This document shows positions 1-12,363 of a stretch of DNA of 64,000 nucleotides, piece after piece. Under the pieces are notes generated by a model, which did no database searches, was not told the DNA's origin, and saw nothing but the letters and a program-made list of their open reading frames with translations. The translations under genes and the position numbers were made by a program. How positions within the stretch are numbered: position 1 is the stretch's first letter; each line of letters starts with the position of its first letter. The DNA comes from a virus. Its lineage: Duplodnaviria > Caudoviricetes. The stretch covers positions 18,729 through 82,728 of IMG/VR virus record IMGVR_UViG_2700989574_000004; one strand, 5' to 3'.

Positions 1-115
1 CCAGTGGGCCGCTATTGGTGTTCTGGGAAGTCTGGTATTTGGCTTGCTGACATACCTGACGAATCTGTATTTCAAAATTAAAGAAGACCGGCGAAAAGCT
101 GTGCGAGGTGAATAA
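1..115 (+). CDS. Phage 21-type pinholin, 3' part (truncated by window start)
   Basis: Frame from nt 2 reads [37 protein letters not shown], a typical S21-family C-terminus; stop overlaps the endolysin ATG (TAATG). Confidence 0.85.
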   Translation, partial: QWAAIGVLGSLVFGLLTYLTNLYFKIKEDRRKAVRGE

Positions 116-256
116 TGTCTCCGACACTACGTAAAAGCGTTCTTGCTGCAGTCGGCGGTGGAGCCTTTGCGATTGCCTCTGCACTCATTACTGGCCCGAC
201 GGGTAATGATGGGCTTGAGGGAGTGCGATACGACCCTTATCAGGATGTGGTAGGTG
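115..256 (+). pseudogene. SAR endolysin (R21-like, GH24), 5' fragment interrupted by Mu-like prophage
   Basis: [48 protein letters not shown] then TAG at 259-261 inside the inserted end; SAR domain and catalytic E and D present. Confidence 0.9.
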
Positions 257-336
257 TGTAGCGCGGCGTTTTTTTTTGCATGAAAATGAAATAAAAATTG
301 CACTGCGGTAATGGTGGATTACGCACAGTGCAAAAA
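257..336. repeat. Tail-proximal transposon end (attR-like) with three TGCA-A-tract transposase-site candidates
   Basis: TTTTTGCAT (273-281), TTGCACT (298-304) and an inverted AGTGCAAAAA (327-336); the same core recurs at the other end. Confidence 0.6.
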
Positions 337-364
337 TAAACGAAATAACATGACGTGGGTGGTA

Positions 365-1042
365 TCAGTTACCGTATTGCGCCCGGAAATACGCTTTAAT
401 CGCCGCAATCTCTGCCGGTGTTTTCACCGAGTCGAAAATCATCACTTCCGAGTAATTGACGTTGTTGGCCGCCGTTGCCGCTAGGCTCAGTGGTGCATTC
501 TGATATGTAATGGCCGATGCACCGGTTACAGTCGCTGTGGCATCGTTAACATAGATGGTCTCAATGTCAGTAACCGGATCGTAATTCACGATAATCAGGT
601 CAATGCCGGATGATAGTGCTACACCACCCCGCTGCGTTGATTCCCCCGTTTTGTAGTAATACAACTTGTTATCCGTCTGCGCCTGAAGTCGCAGGTGGGG
701 ACCGCCGGGCAGGAACGTTGCCTGGGTTGTGTTATCGCGTTTAAATGCAAAAGCGTAGCAGTAGCCGTTTGTCGCATTGGCTGGAAACACATTTCCTGAT
801 GTTACACCACCATTCGCCGACAGGGCGCTCTTCATTGTTTTAATGCCATTCAGCGTAGACTCTGAAATAGCGGACCCTAGCGTGATAGCCATATCACCTG
901 CACGGTCGACCAGTGTTGATACCCGCCAGTCGAAGTAATGCGACGGGTCAAAGCGACACGTTGTGTCATCGCGCTCTGAATAGGTGGAAGCTATACCGCT
1001 GTTAACAGCCACAGGAATTTGCAGGAAAGTGGTTTTAGCCAT
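365..1042 (-). CDS. Hypothetical beta-rich protein after the fibre gene (possible lectin/LamG-like fibre partner)
   Basis: 225-aa ORF with RBS AAGGT, last gene before the end; C-terminal YSEVMIFDSVKTPAEIAAIKAYF resembles LamG-like domain ends. Confidence 0.65.
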   Translation of the reverse strand: MAKTTFLQIPVAVNSGIASTYSERDDTTCRFDPSHYFDWRVSTLVDRAGDMAITLGSAISESTLNGIKTMKSALSANGGVTSGNVFPANATNGYCYAFAFKRDNTTQATFLPGGPHLRLQAQTDNKLYYYKTGESTQRGGVALSSGIDLIIVNYDPVTDIETIYVNDATATVTGASAITYQNAPLSLAATAANNVNYSEVMIFDSVKTPAEIAAIKAYFRAQYGN

Positions 1043-1052
1043 TTTAGTTACC

Positions 1053-3053
1053 TTATTTTCTGAGAGATTGTACGGCGTAGTTCAGCAGGGCACGTTTTGC
1101 CTGGTAAGCGCCTATAATTCTGGCTCCCCGTGCGTTGGGGTGCGGGTCTGCCGGGTTGGTAGTGGAGAACGCGTAGCCATTCTGGAATGCAAAGTTTGAG
1201 TTTCGTATCAGGTCGCGAACATTAAATCCGAGCATTCCGTATTTAGTCTGGATAGCGTCATAAACCGCATCGCGTTTAATGTGATTGTCGCTGTACCAGC
1301 GTTCCAGAAAAACGGGCGCCCCCGGCAGCGCATCCTGTACCCGCTCCACAATGGCGCTGTAACCGGCCATAAAATCTGTATCTGACAGCGCGTAATCATT
1401 CTCGCCGAGATTGATAAACACCAGGTCAGCCGCAAAATACTGCATCCAGTATTTCTGGTACGAGGCCGTCTGATTCAGGTGATATGCCGCTGTTGCGCCT
1501 CCTCGTGCGTAACGAATGACGCGAACTCCGCCAGCAGAGTTAATGCAGTTGAAGCTAATCAGCGCAGGGTACCCTGACTGATTTACCCCGGAAGCTGGCG
1601 GTTCAATCTCAAGTGAAAATCGTCCCGTTGATGGGCCAAGCCCTTCAACGCGCACTATCTGGATTTCTTCTGAGCCCTCCGGCTGGTTTGTGATGGTCGC
1701 AGTCTGCCACTCCCCGGAACCCGCTGGCCCTGTGGTGCCATCATCATTCCGGTCTGTTGCACGAAAACGAAACTGACTGGAGGTTCCGGCTGCGCCGGTG
1801 CCGGTGAATCCGACCTCGACAACATCGTGTTGATAAATAGGGTTGCCGCGCGACGCATCTTTTACCCGGAAAAACAGATTAGTGCGGCCTGACCACGGAA
1901 CTAACGCGAAACTCAATGGCGCGCATTTTTTGCCGTATGGCTGATTATCCACCCATCCGCTATAGACCCGCTCCATGTTCAGCAGGTCGCGGGAGGCTGT
2001 ATTGTCGTTTGAGGGGGCGAAGTAGCCGATACCGCCATGACCTAGCCGCGCCGCAAACTGGCTGTACATGGCATCAATAGCTCCTAATCCTCCAGTTCCG
2101 CCAGTCAGTGAATCCCCCGGCCCGCACAGAATAACCAGATACCCACCGGTGTTCGCCCGCGCCTGCATGGCAATCAAATAATCAAGCATCCCGACTTCCG
2201 GCAGTTCAGAAGTGGTCTGATTGCTGCCGGAACCCATTGTCAGCAGTTGATTATCTGAGCCCAGGATCACAAACGGAGAAGGCGCGTATCCACGTAAAAT
2301 AGAGACGCCAGCATCCTGAAGGGTGTCTGTTGTTAAAAATGACAGCATCTGATTATCCGGCCCCAGCAGATACAGAGGTTTATCGCCGTATCCGAATTTA
2401 ATATCCGAGCCAGCCTCTGCCATTCTGTCTCGACCAAAATCCAGTTTCTGGAAATCTTTACCGACAATTTCAAACTCGTCGTTACCATAGCCCCGAAAAA
2501 ATTTTACACCACCCAACGTCCAGTTTGATGGCATAGAACGTCCGGTGGGCTCTAAAACCCCTGCATTATTTATATATTCATCGGACAGTGTAAAATTAGA
2601 TGGATTCGTTATCCATAATCGAGCCTGGTTGAGAATAGTTTTTGCCGCTACATTTTTATCTGCCGCGTCTATTGTTGCGAATTCTCGGGTTGTTCCTGTT
2701 ATTGCTCCCTGACCAGGCATCATCGCTGAGATAATCGCAACACCCGCTTTATTCAGGTAATAGGTAAATGAGGTTAAATCATCCGGCCCATCAGCAACAC
2801 GAAAAATTTTCCCGTCAGGAGTATTAGCCAGTCCTGATATCGTCCCATCAGGATCCGATTCTGTTTTGTAAAATGTATACTCACGGTAATCACTGGCTGA
2901 TTCTATCTGGTCTTTGAGCCAACGAGTCCTGTTAGCCAGTTGTTCAGCCTGAATATTATCAGGACCGCCCCGACCACCCAGCACAGGAGTATCCTTCTCA
3001 AGTTGATAAATATCATCAACCCATGTTGCTTGCTCAGGTAATTTACTGGTCAT
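1053..3053 (-). CDS. Tail fibre/tailspike with SGNH (GDSL) esterase domain
   Basis: N-terminal W..DIYQLE..TPVLGG..GPDN.QA.QLANRT.WLK fibre-docking motif; SGNH blocks GDSLT, RGG, LGEND, DPHP. Confidence 0.85.
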   Translation of the reverse strand: MTSKLPEQATWVDDIYQLEKDTPVLGGRGGPDNIQAEQLANRTRWLKDQIESASDYREYTFYKTESDPDGTISGLANTPDGKIFRVADGPDDLTSFTYYLNKAGVAIISAMMPGQGAITGTTREFATIDAADKNVAAKTILNQARLWITNPSNFTLSDEYINNAGVLEPTGRSMPSNWTLGGVKFFRGYGNDEFEIVGKDFQKLDFGRDRMAEAGSDIKFGYGDKPLYLLGPDNQMLSFLTTDTLQDAGVSILRGYAPSPFVILGSDNQLLTMGSGSNQTTSELPEVGMLDYLIAMQARANTGGYLVILCGPGDSLTGGTGGLGAIDAMYSQFAARLGHGGIGYFAPSNDNTASRDLLNMERVYSGWVDNQPYGKKCAPLSFALVPWSGRTNLFFRVKDASRGNPIYQHDVVEVGFTGTGAAGTSSQFRFRATDRNDDGTTGPAGSGEWQTATITNQPEGSEEIQIVRVEGLGPSTGRFSLEIEPPASGVNQSGYPALISFNCINSAGGVRVIRYARGGATAAYHLNQTASYQKYWMQYFAADLVFINLGENDYALSDTDFMAGYSAIVERVQDALPGAPVFLERWYSDNHIKRDAVYDAIQTKYGMLGFNVRDLIRNSNFAFQNGYAFSTTNPADPHPNARGARIIGAYQAKRALLNYAVQSLRK

Positions 3054-3056
3054 TTT

Positions 3057-3850
3057 CTAACCTCTATAAGTATATCTGCCGTTGTGTCTAATAGAACCGT
3101 TGTGTGTGATGCCGTTTAGTCTGTCGAACAAAACAATGCGCCCAAGTCGCCCCAGAAACTCATCATTGGATTTCTTACCGTCATACAAAATATTAGCTGT
3201 TGTTTCCAGCCCACTGATTTCTGTCTCAGTGTTTATTAATGTGAGTGTAGCAATGGGGTCTAATGACACTCTGTAAATTTCGACTAAAACAGGACGATTA
3301 TTTTCAGCTAAATTAATGCCTTCATAACGTAAAGAAAACTCTTCGGTTATGTTTTCAGCCAACGATAAAACCGTATTACCTGGGTGTTGGTAATCAACAA
3401 TGACGGGTTGTTTTTCGGGAGTCGAAAGAAAGGTTATCGCCCCCCACAACCTGTCAACAACATAATCATCACCATTGACCATGTCTTCTATAGAAACACC
3501 CCACACATTTGGATTTCGTAGCGTAATTCTGTCTCCGGCTTCGATTCCTTCAGGTAATATGTCCTGTGCATACACGTCTGGTATCTGGGATGTATTCTTT
3601 GCTTCAAGAAGAACTTTTAAGTTTTCCACTGAAAATTCATGCCAGGTTGATGTTATTTTCCCTTCCAGCGCGGTGATATAACGCTGAGAGTTAACCAGTC
3701 GTCCACCGACCGACGCGCGGGATTTTTTCTCTTCAAACTCCAGTTCAATATTCAGCGCCGAAACATCACCAACCCAACGCCAGGACAAAGCCTGACCCGC
3801 CGAATTTCGGCGAGCCAGGTATAATTTCCCTTGTCCGTAGTAGTAGTCAC

Positions 3851-3854
<4 letters not shown>
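3057..3854 (-). CDS. Second tail-tube-like protein (paralogue of 12974..13717) with C-terminal HNG repeats
   Basis: Collinear with the 247-aa tail protein (YYYGQGK.YL.RRN.AGQA, TSTW.E.S.ENL, LRYEGINLAEN, GLETTA, GR.GR); extra tail NGITHNGSIRHNGRYTYRG. Confidence 0.85.
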
Positions 3855-6137
<2,283 letters not shown>

Positions 6138-6151
<14 letters not shown>

Positions 6152-6347
6152 GGCCTCCGCTTAAACGGCTCTCAGCCAGTCGAACAATGCTGATGGCCAG
6201 CGCATCACCAGTGGCCAGCAGCTTTTCGGCCTCAATGCCGCCATCACGAATGAAGGCTTTTAAATCGAGGTTATAACGGGCAAAAAAGGCACGTAATCCG
6301 GGAGCGCAGCCGCCACCGGCGCGGATATCTTCCATCGTGATTAACAT
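6138..6347 (-). CDS. Small tail-associated protein
   Basis: MLITMEDIRAGGGCAPGLRAFF..., strong GGAGG RBS before ATG at 6347. Confidence 0.75.
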
Positions 6348-6357
6348 GACTTCCTCC

Positions 6358-6591
6358 TTATTTCCGGATCGCTTCATAGCGATAGTTGCCATACGCCAGC
6401 ACGAACCAGTCTTCAGACCAGCAATCTCCAAAAAAGACACACTGTGGCGTGCCCTCATCCGGTTGCGGCATATTCCAGTCATCTTCCGTGGCCGCTTCCG
6501 GCGTCGTGCTTTTTTGTTTCGGTGCCAGCGCTGCGTTTAGCACGTAAGACGCAACGATCACGGCGACAAATTTCGCTACAGCCCACCACAT
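6358..6591 (-). CDS. Small tail assembly protein
   Basis: 77 aa, P.P.EGTPQ.V.FGDCW motif seen in this tail-tip module. Confidence 0.75.
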   Translation of the reverse strand: MWWAVAKFVAVIVASYVLNAALAPKQKSTTPEAATEDDWNMPQPDEGTPQCVFFGDCWSEDWFVLAYGNYRYEAIRK

Positions 6592-6600
6592 GGCATTACC

Positions 6601-7431
6601 TCAGAATAATTTGATGATTTGATAAGGTGACTTGCCCGGCATATGAGGCTGGCCACCGTAGTTGAGAACGTTGTTGAATTTGGTGTTACAGGTCGAGATT
6701 GTGCGGTCACAGCCCGGATACAGGGTGACTGTCTGCCCGGTTTCCAGGCCCACAGAACCGCCGAACAGACCAAGCGTGCTCCCGTTCTGGGCCCGGAGTC
6801 CTCGCCGCTCGGTCACGCCATCGGAGATCCACTCCACGTAGCCGCCTGAGAACCAGTCGCCGGGCAACCCCTCCGGCATGTTGACGGTGATGCTGGCTCC
6901 GTCCAGTGAAGTGATAACCAGTCCGGCAATACCGAACTGTTGAGGAGAAATGCCGCAGTTATGGTCGTACAGCGAATACGGGCAGGCCCGGCCCCACGTC
7001 AGACGCAGGCCACTGCGGGTGAAGGTGCTGGCCAGGCTGGCGGTCAGTAACCGGCAGCGGTCTGTTGCTTCGCGCTTCATCTCGGTAATGGTGCCGATCC
7101 ACTCCGTCCTGAACTCCTGCTGCACGTCATCTATATGAAAGCGATGTATACGGATACGAACAGGGCTGGACGGCGGAATGTTTCTGAAGAGGGCCGCAAC
7201 CGGGTTTGATGCAGGTACGGTCACGTCGAGGCTGTCCCCAGCCCCCACGCTCAGACCGCTGTCGCTGATGGCCTGGCACTGCCAGAGTACAGGCTGTTGA
7301 GTCGCGTCTGTGGTGGTAATATCCCGATCCGCATTGGTATAGCGATAAAACCTCGTTTCACCGCGCGAGAACTCATACAGCGTAACCGGGCGGCCGTCGG
7401 CAGTAGAATACTCAAACTGATTCCAGCTCAT
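6601..7431 (-). CDS. BR0599/DUF2163-family tail protein (gpL-like, Cys-containing)
   Basis: C.YSLYD..C and YPGCDRT..TC..KFNN..NYGG.P motifs; start moved to MSWNQF. Confidence 0.85.
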   Translation of the reverse strand: MSWNQFEYSTADGRPVTLYEFSRGETRFYRYTNADRDITTTDATQQPVLWQCQAISDSGLSVGAGDSLDVTVPASNPVAALFRNIPPSSPVRIRIHRFHIDDVQQEFRTEWIGTITEMKREATDRCRLLTASLASTFTRSGLRLTWGRACPYSLYDHNCGISPQQFGIAGLVITSLDGASITVNMPEGLPGDWFSGGYVEWISDGVTERRGLRAQNGSTLGLFGGSVGLETGQTVTLYPGCDRTISTCNTKFNNVLNYGGQPHMPGKSPYQIIKLF

Positions 7432-8590
7432 CGCGTATCCCTCTGAATGTTGTTGAAATCTGAGCAAAACCATCGGCATCGGTGGCATGTTCCCATGTGA
7501 TATCGTCCGTGTTCTGACGGCAGAGCGTCATAAAGGAAACGGCCGCAATCTCTCCGATATCCGGGGTCTCACCGTCGAGAAAAAGGGTTTCGTGGTTTTC
7601 CTGGCGGATCGCCGACACAATCCGGCGGTAAACGTCTGAACCGTCCTGACACCGGATACGCAGATCCCGACGCCCGGAAACCACCCCATATTCACTGAAA
7701 CCGGCAACCTCAACATCCAGGGCATTGCCGCTGGCTGCCTGGGGGATGAAGTCCCGCGCCTGACTGGATACCCAGACAGCACGTTGACGGCCGCGCAGCC
7801 AGTACAGCAATTCGCGCAAGCGGGTCTGTGTCTCGCGGTTTGCTCGCGACCATACATGCTGCTGCATGATGAATGCTCGTCCCGCCGTATCGATACGGGC
7901 AGGAATGCCGTATTCATTATCCAGTTCCAGCATGAGGCGCTGGTATTCGGCCGTCAGGTCATCCACCCAGTCGGCGTCGTCGGCCAGTACAGGATGACCG
8001 CGATAGAGGGTAGAACCGGAAACGGCGGTAAAGGGGTTATGCGCTGACAGCTGGCACCGCATTTGTACGCGCATTACACTGTCTGTATGTCGGGTGATCG
8101 CCGGTACATCGGTAAAAAAGGCGGGCCGGAGAGGGTAAATCAGCGTGCCTGATGGCCACGCAGCTACGGGTTGACTGACAGTCACGCCATCGGATTCAAC
8201 AGACTGAACGGGCACAATCTCGGTACTGGCCATCATGCCGAAGCCGGATTTGAGCATCAGATTATCGCCCACAATGAAATCCCGCCCGGCCGTGGCCAGC
8301 GGGATAAACTGACTTCCGGCCGCAACCGGTGATAACAGCTCGGCCACATCAGGGAATACCGGCATATCCCAGATTGTACCACCGGCATGAAAAAGCTGGG
8401 TTTCCAGCGCACGCGCATCAGCATCACCCGCCAGCACCGTGAACTCGTACTGGCGACGCGGTGACAGACGGCGGGCAATCCGCTGTTCGGCCCCGCTCGG
8501 CGAAATCAGCACATCGGTCTTCCAGGACAGGGTTTCGGTGATACCGTCCGTCCAGTCTGGCTCCATCATAAAGGGGAGACGTTCGGCCAT
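7412..8590 (-). CDS. Distal tail protein
   Basis: 392 aa directly after the tape measure; ETLSWKTDVL.SPSGAEQR.A.R..PRR motif. Confidence 0.75.
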   Translation of the reverse strand: MAERLPFMMEPDWTDGITETLSWKTDVLISPSGAEQRIARRLSPRRQYEFTVLAGDADARALETQLFHAGGTIWDMPVFPDVAELLSPVAAGSQFIPLATAGRDFIVGDNLMLKSGFGMMASTEIVPVQSVESDGVTVSQPVAAWPSGTLIYPLRPAFFTDVPAITRHTDSVMRVQMRCQLSAHNPFTAVSGSTLYRGHPVLADDADWVDDLTAEYQRLMLELDNEYGIPARIDTAGRAFIMQQHVWSRANRETQTRLRELLYWLRGRQRAVWVSSQARDFIPQAASGNALDVEVAGFSEYGVVSGRRDLRIRCQDGSDVYRRIVSAIRQENHETLFLDGETPDIGEIAAVSFMTLCRQNTDDITWEHATDADGFAQISTTFRGIRDELESV

Positions 8591-11500
8591 TATTTCCCCC
8601 CCAGCATCTGTTTCAGCGTGGCTGAATTGTTCTTCACCCAGGTCATCATGACGCGGTTTCCGGGGGCGCTCTTAACCGCTTTATCCAGAACGTCATTCGG
8701 ATCGAGTACCAGATACTGCTGTAACACCGGCGCGTTACTGCCCCCGCCGGACTCACTGTCACTGCTGGAGTCCGGGGACTGATTGACCTGTTGTTGCCGC
8801 GAAATCCCCGGATCAGATACCAGACCGCCATCGGCAAACGCCCCCAGACGCCCGTTGTTGATTGCATGAAGAAAATCGACGCCATAGCGGTTAACCGCCG
8901 CAGCTTTGACAACAAACTCCCCGTCAGAAAGCCTGGCAGCGATACTGTCAGACGTTGCCGTACCGGGGCCGGAAATATGGCCACCGGTGGCGGCGGCCAC
9001 ACTGGCAGCAGCCCCGACACCTGAACTGGCACTGCTGGCGGCACTCGCTGACGCGATTGCCGCAGATAATGTCGCGGCTCCTGCGGCAAAGGCACCGCTA
9101 AGGGCCGTGGTGAGAGCGGTAACGCCGGATGTAAACGCGGCCGTGAAACCGGTCGTCATGGCCGTACTGCCCGCAGTGATGGAGGCTCCCATTGCTGTTG
9201 CACCGGCCGTTGAGGCTGTCGTGATGGCGGTGGCATAGGTTGCCGCACCGGCAGCATCAGTGGCGGTATCGGTGGCAGAGCTGACGGCAGACTCAGCAGC
9301 GCCGGTGGCCGCTTTCGCCCCCATACCAAACAATCCTTTCAGGCTGTCTGTGACGCTACCGAGCCCCTCCATAGCCATACCCGCCAGATTGCGGGAGGCG
9401 ACCTGGGCCATCGCGCTGGCCACCGATTTTGCCAGGTTCAGCACGGCATCACTCAGGTTTAACGTGCCATCAGCCAGGCCGTTAAGCGTGCTCTCCATCC
9501 CGTCCTGCAGGCCATCCTTAAAAGCTGTCGTCAGCTCATCCGTGGTGGACTTCAGGGTTAACAGCTCATTCTCCAGGCTGGTGAGCATCTCACGCATCTG
9601 ATCGCCGGTTTCACCGGGCAGCGTGGCCATCTGGCGCAACTGCGGCAGATAACCGGCGATTTTGTCGCCGACCTCCTGATGCAGGGCAACCAGTTGGCGA
9701 CGGCCGTTGAGTTCAGAGATAAGACCCGCCTGAACCTGAGCCTGGACGCTGCTCTCTTTCTGGCTGCGATACGCTTCCAGGTCATCAATACTCTTTTTGA
9801 GCGCGTCGGCCCGCACTCTGGCTTCCTGAACCGGCAGGAGTTTATCCAGCCAGGCCAGCCCTTCGGTATTGCCGGATTCGGTAAACTCTTTGCGCATTTC
9901 AGCAATACTGGCCCGGACTTCTGCCAGACCGCCGCCAAGTACATCACCGGTGGCTTTCAGGTATTGCGCCTGCAGCTGCGCGTTCCGGGTCGCGTTCGCA
10001 TCTGATTTCTCTTTCTGCTCACTGGCGGCGATAACAGCCAGCGCCGCTTCCGCCCGCGCTTTCAGCGCACCGGTCAGCCCCTTTTCCGCCAGCTCATAGG
10101 CCGATACCTGGGCTTTTGTTTTACCCACCGCCCAGGCCTGTTTTTCCAGCCCCTTAACATAGGTTTCACTGTTCTGTGCAGCAGACTTTGCCGCACGTGC
10201 AGCCGCTTCAGACTGCCGTTTGTTCTCTTTGGCCTGGTCGGTCTGTTTCTGCAGGTTAATCAGCTTTTCCAGACTTTCCCGCAGTTTGTCGATATCAGCA
10301 GGAGCCTGACCAGCTGCCAGTGCGGCCGCAATGGTTTTGTCCCGCAGTTGCTCCAGTTGCTGAACGGCCGTCATGGTGGCATCGGCCAGCTCTTTTTCCA
10401 GTTTGGGGCGGAGCTTATCGGCTTCAGCGCTCAGCTCAGCAAAGCTCTGCTCGCTTTTGGCCATCTGCGCAGCCGCCTCATCCATCCAGCGAATAGGCCC
10501 GGCGTTCTGCAGTTCGGTCAGCACATCGCGCAGGGTTTTACCGCTGGCGGTTGGCGCATCGAGGGCTCGGGCAAGGCGGTTTTCCAGCTCGTCGGAAAGG
10601 GTATCCTGGGCGGTGCTGAGGTTATCGAATTTGGGCGTCAGTTCATCAATCTGTTTCTGAACCTCTTCCAGCTTGTTCGCCAGGTACATGATCCCCAGCC
10701 CGGAGGGGGCCGGACTGCTCATCAACCCTTCAATCTGCTGTTTGAGCATGGCGGCCTGACTCTGCAGGTCGCTCAATTTCTTGCTGTCCTGGGTCAGTAC
10801 ATCCGCATTGCTGCGTTGCTGGGTCAGCACATCACCGGTGCTGGCGGAGGCTTTGAGGCGACCCTGAGCATCAATCAGGGCATCGGTTTTCTGGCGCTGA
10901 TCCTCCAGTGTCTGGATGGTCTGCTGATGCTGCTGTGCCAGCGCCGCTTCAGACTCCTGGGCCGATGCATACGCCGCACTCAGCCCACCCACGGCCAGCG
11001 TGACGCCGGTGATGGCCAGCCCCATCGGGCCACCCAGCAGTCCCATCAGGCCGGAGCCCAGACGACTGAAGGCCGATGTGGATGCTCTGGCCACACCCAG
11101 CGCTTTCTCCGCGACAGTCTGTCGAACCAGCGCGGCAGTGACCGCATCCTCCGCTTTCGCCCGTGCGCCTGGTGCGGAAATACCGGTTTTTGCCCTGATA
11201 GCCTGCGCCTGTGCGGCTGCCAGCGCCGCTTTCGACTCCGCGTATTCAGCCTCCGCAAGTTGCAGCGTCTCGATACGGTCAGCGCGTGCTGCCTGTGTGG
11301 CGCTGACCAGGGCGGCAACCTTACGGCCGCCCATCACCACAGCCAGCGCAATCGCAGCAGTCGTCAGGGTGGACAGGTTACCCGCCAGCCCCGAAATGAC
11401 CGCCGCTATAGCCTTTGAGGCACCCAGCGCATCGTTTGTCCCGCCGACGAACTCCACCCAGGCATTGGCCATTTCCGTGGAGGCACGACCAATGGTGAGC

Positions 11501-12306
11501 GGCATCTGGGAGAATTCACGATCAATATCCGCCGCTCCGTCTTTCAGGGCTTTGAAGACCACATCCGTGGTCAGCATTCCCTGTTCCGCCATCGCCCGCA
11601 GCTCGCCTCGCGTTTTACCCAGCGACGTCTGCAGCATCTCCATGATGCGGGGCATCTGCTCGGAAACAGAGTTAAATTCCTCGCCCCGGAGCGTGCCGGA
11701 AGCCAGCCCCTGGCTTAACTGGATGATCGCATTGGTGGACTCTTCCGCCGTGGCACCGGAAACAATTGCTGCTTTGTTGATGACGCTGGTCACCTGCAGC
11801 AGCTCGGTCTGGGTGGCGCTGCCTTTCAGGGATCGCGCCATGCGGGTGTAAAGTTCAGCGGTGGAGGAAATGCGCTGGCCGGTTTCATTGGCCAGTGCAA
11901 TCACCGATTTGAACGTGGTGCCAGCCTGTTCATTCGACGTTGACACCAGGCGGATACGTGCCGCCAGGCTGGTGTATTCATCCGAAATATGCGCCAGTCC
12001 CGTGAGTGCCCCTCCGCCGAGCGCCAGACCGGTGACCGTACCTGCGATGGTTTTCAGGCGGTTAAGCTGTCCCTCGACAACGCTTATCTCACTGCCGGTT
12101 TTGGCCAGTTTCTGACTGGCGCTGTCCGCTGAACGTCCGACGGTTCCCAGACCTGCTGCTGCCGCATTACCGGACTGGCCAAGCTGACTGCCGCTGCGGG
12201 CGGTATTATTCAGGGAGGTTTCGAGTTGAGTGAGGGCGTTCTGAGCGCTTTTTAAATCGGCCTGTATACGGAGGCGCAGCTCCAGATTGCCATTTCCGCT
12301 TGCCAT
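8590..12306 (-). CDS. Tape measure protein (inner phage)
   Basis: ~1238 aa Ala-rich helical; QLSQGLASGTLRGEEFNSV tape-measure motif; C-terminal GPGT.TSDSI.ARLSDGEFVV. Confidence 0.92.
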   Translation of the reverse strand: MASGNGNLELRLRIQADLKSAQNALTQLETSLNNTARSGSQLGQSGNAAAAGLGTVGRSADSASQKLAKTGSEISVVEGQLNRLKTIAGTVTGLALGGGALTGLAHISDEYTSLAARIRLVSTSNEQAGTTFKSVIALANETGQRISSTAELYTRMARSLKGSATQTELLQVTSVINKAAIVSGATAEESTNAIIQLSQGLASGTLRGEEFNSVSEQMPRIMEMLQTSLGKTRGELRAMAEQGMLTTDVVFKALKDGAADIDREFSQMPLTIGRASTEMANAWVEFVGGTNDALGASKAIAAVISGLAGNLSTLTTAAIALAVVMGGRKVAALVSATQAARADRIETLQLAEAEYAESKAALAAAQAQAIRAKTGISAPGARAKAEDAVTAALVRQTVAEKALGVARASTSAFSRLGSGLMGLLGGPMGLAITGVTLAVGGLSAAYASAQESEAALAQQHQQTIQTLEDQRQKTDALIDAQGRLKASASTGDVLTQQRSNADVLTQDSKKLSDLQSQAAMLKQQIEGLMSSPAPSGLGIMYLANKLEEVQKQIDELTPKFDNLSTAQDTLSDELENRLARALDAPTASGKTLRDVLTELQNAGPIRWMDEAAAQMAKSEQSFAELSAEADKLRPKLEKELADATMTAVQQLEQLRDKTIAAALAAGQAPADIDKLRESLEKLINLQKQTDQAKENKRQSEAAARAAKSAAQNSETYVKGLEKQAWAVGKTKAQVSAYELAEKGLTGALKARAEAALAVIAASEQKEKSDANATRNAQLQAQYLKATGDVLGGGLAEVRASIAEMRKEFTESGNTEGLAWLDKLLPVQEARVRADALKKSIDDLEAYRSQKESSVQAQVQAGLISELNGRRQLVALHQEVGDKIAGYLPQLRQMATLPGETGDQMREMLTSLENELLTLKSTTDELTTAFKDGLQDGMESTLNGLADGTLNLSDAVLNLAKSVASAMAQVASRNLAGMAMEGLGSVTDSLKGLFGMGAKAATGAAESAVSSATDTATDAAGAATYATAITTASTAGATAMGASITAGSTAMTTGFTAAFTSGVTALTTALSGAFAAGAATLSAAIASASAASSASSGVGAAASVAAATGGHISGPGTATSDSIAARLSDGEFVVKAAAVNRYGVDFLHAINNGRLGAFADGGLVSDPGISRQQQVNQSPDSSSDSESGGGSNAPVLQQYLVLDPNDVLDKAVKSAPGNRVMMTWVKNNSATLKQMLGGK

Positions 12307-12330
12307 GTTGTACCGCTCCGGAAAGGTGAC

Positions 12331-12354
12331 AAAACCCCTCATCGAGGGGTTATT
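12331..12354 (-). terminator. Hairpin/terminator between tail chaperone and tape measure
   Basis: AACCCCTCGATGAGGGGTTTT on the - strand. Confidence 0.45.
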
Positions 12355-12363
12355 AAGTGGGAG

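Noticed and set aside
257-3053. Invertible G-segment or DGR at the fibre genes
   Set aside because: No invertase, reverse transcriptase, flanking long inverted repeats or TR/VR pair seen
10348-11851. Long + strand ORFs (356 and 283 aa)
   Set aside because: Antisense shadows of the GC-rich, Ala-rich tape measure gene
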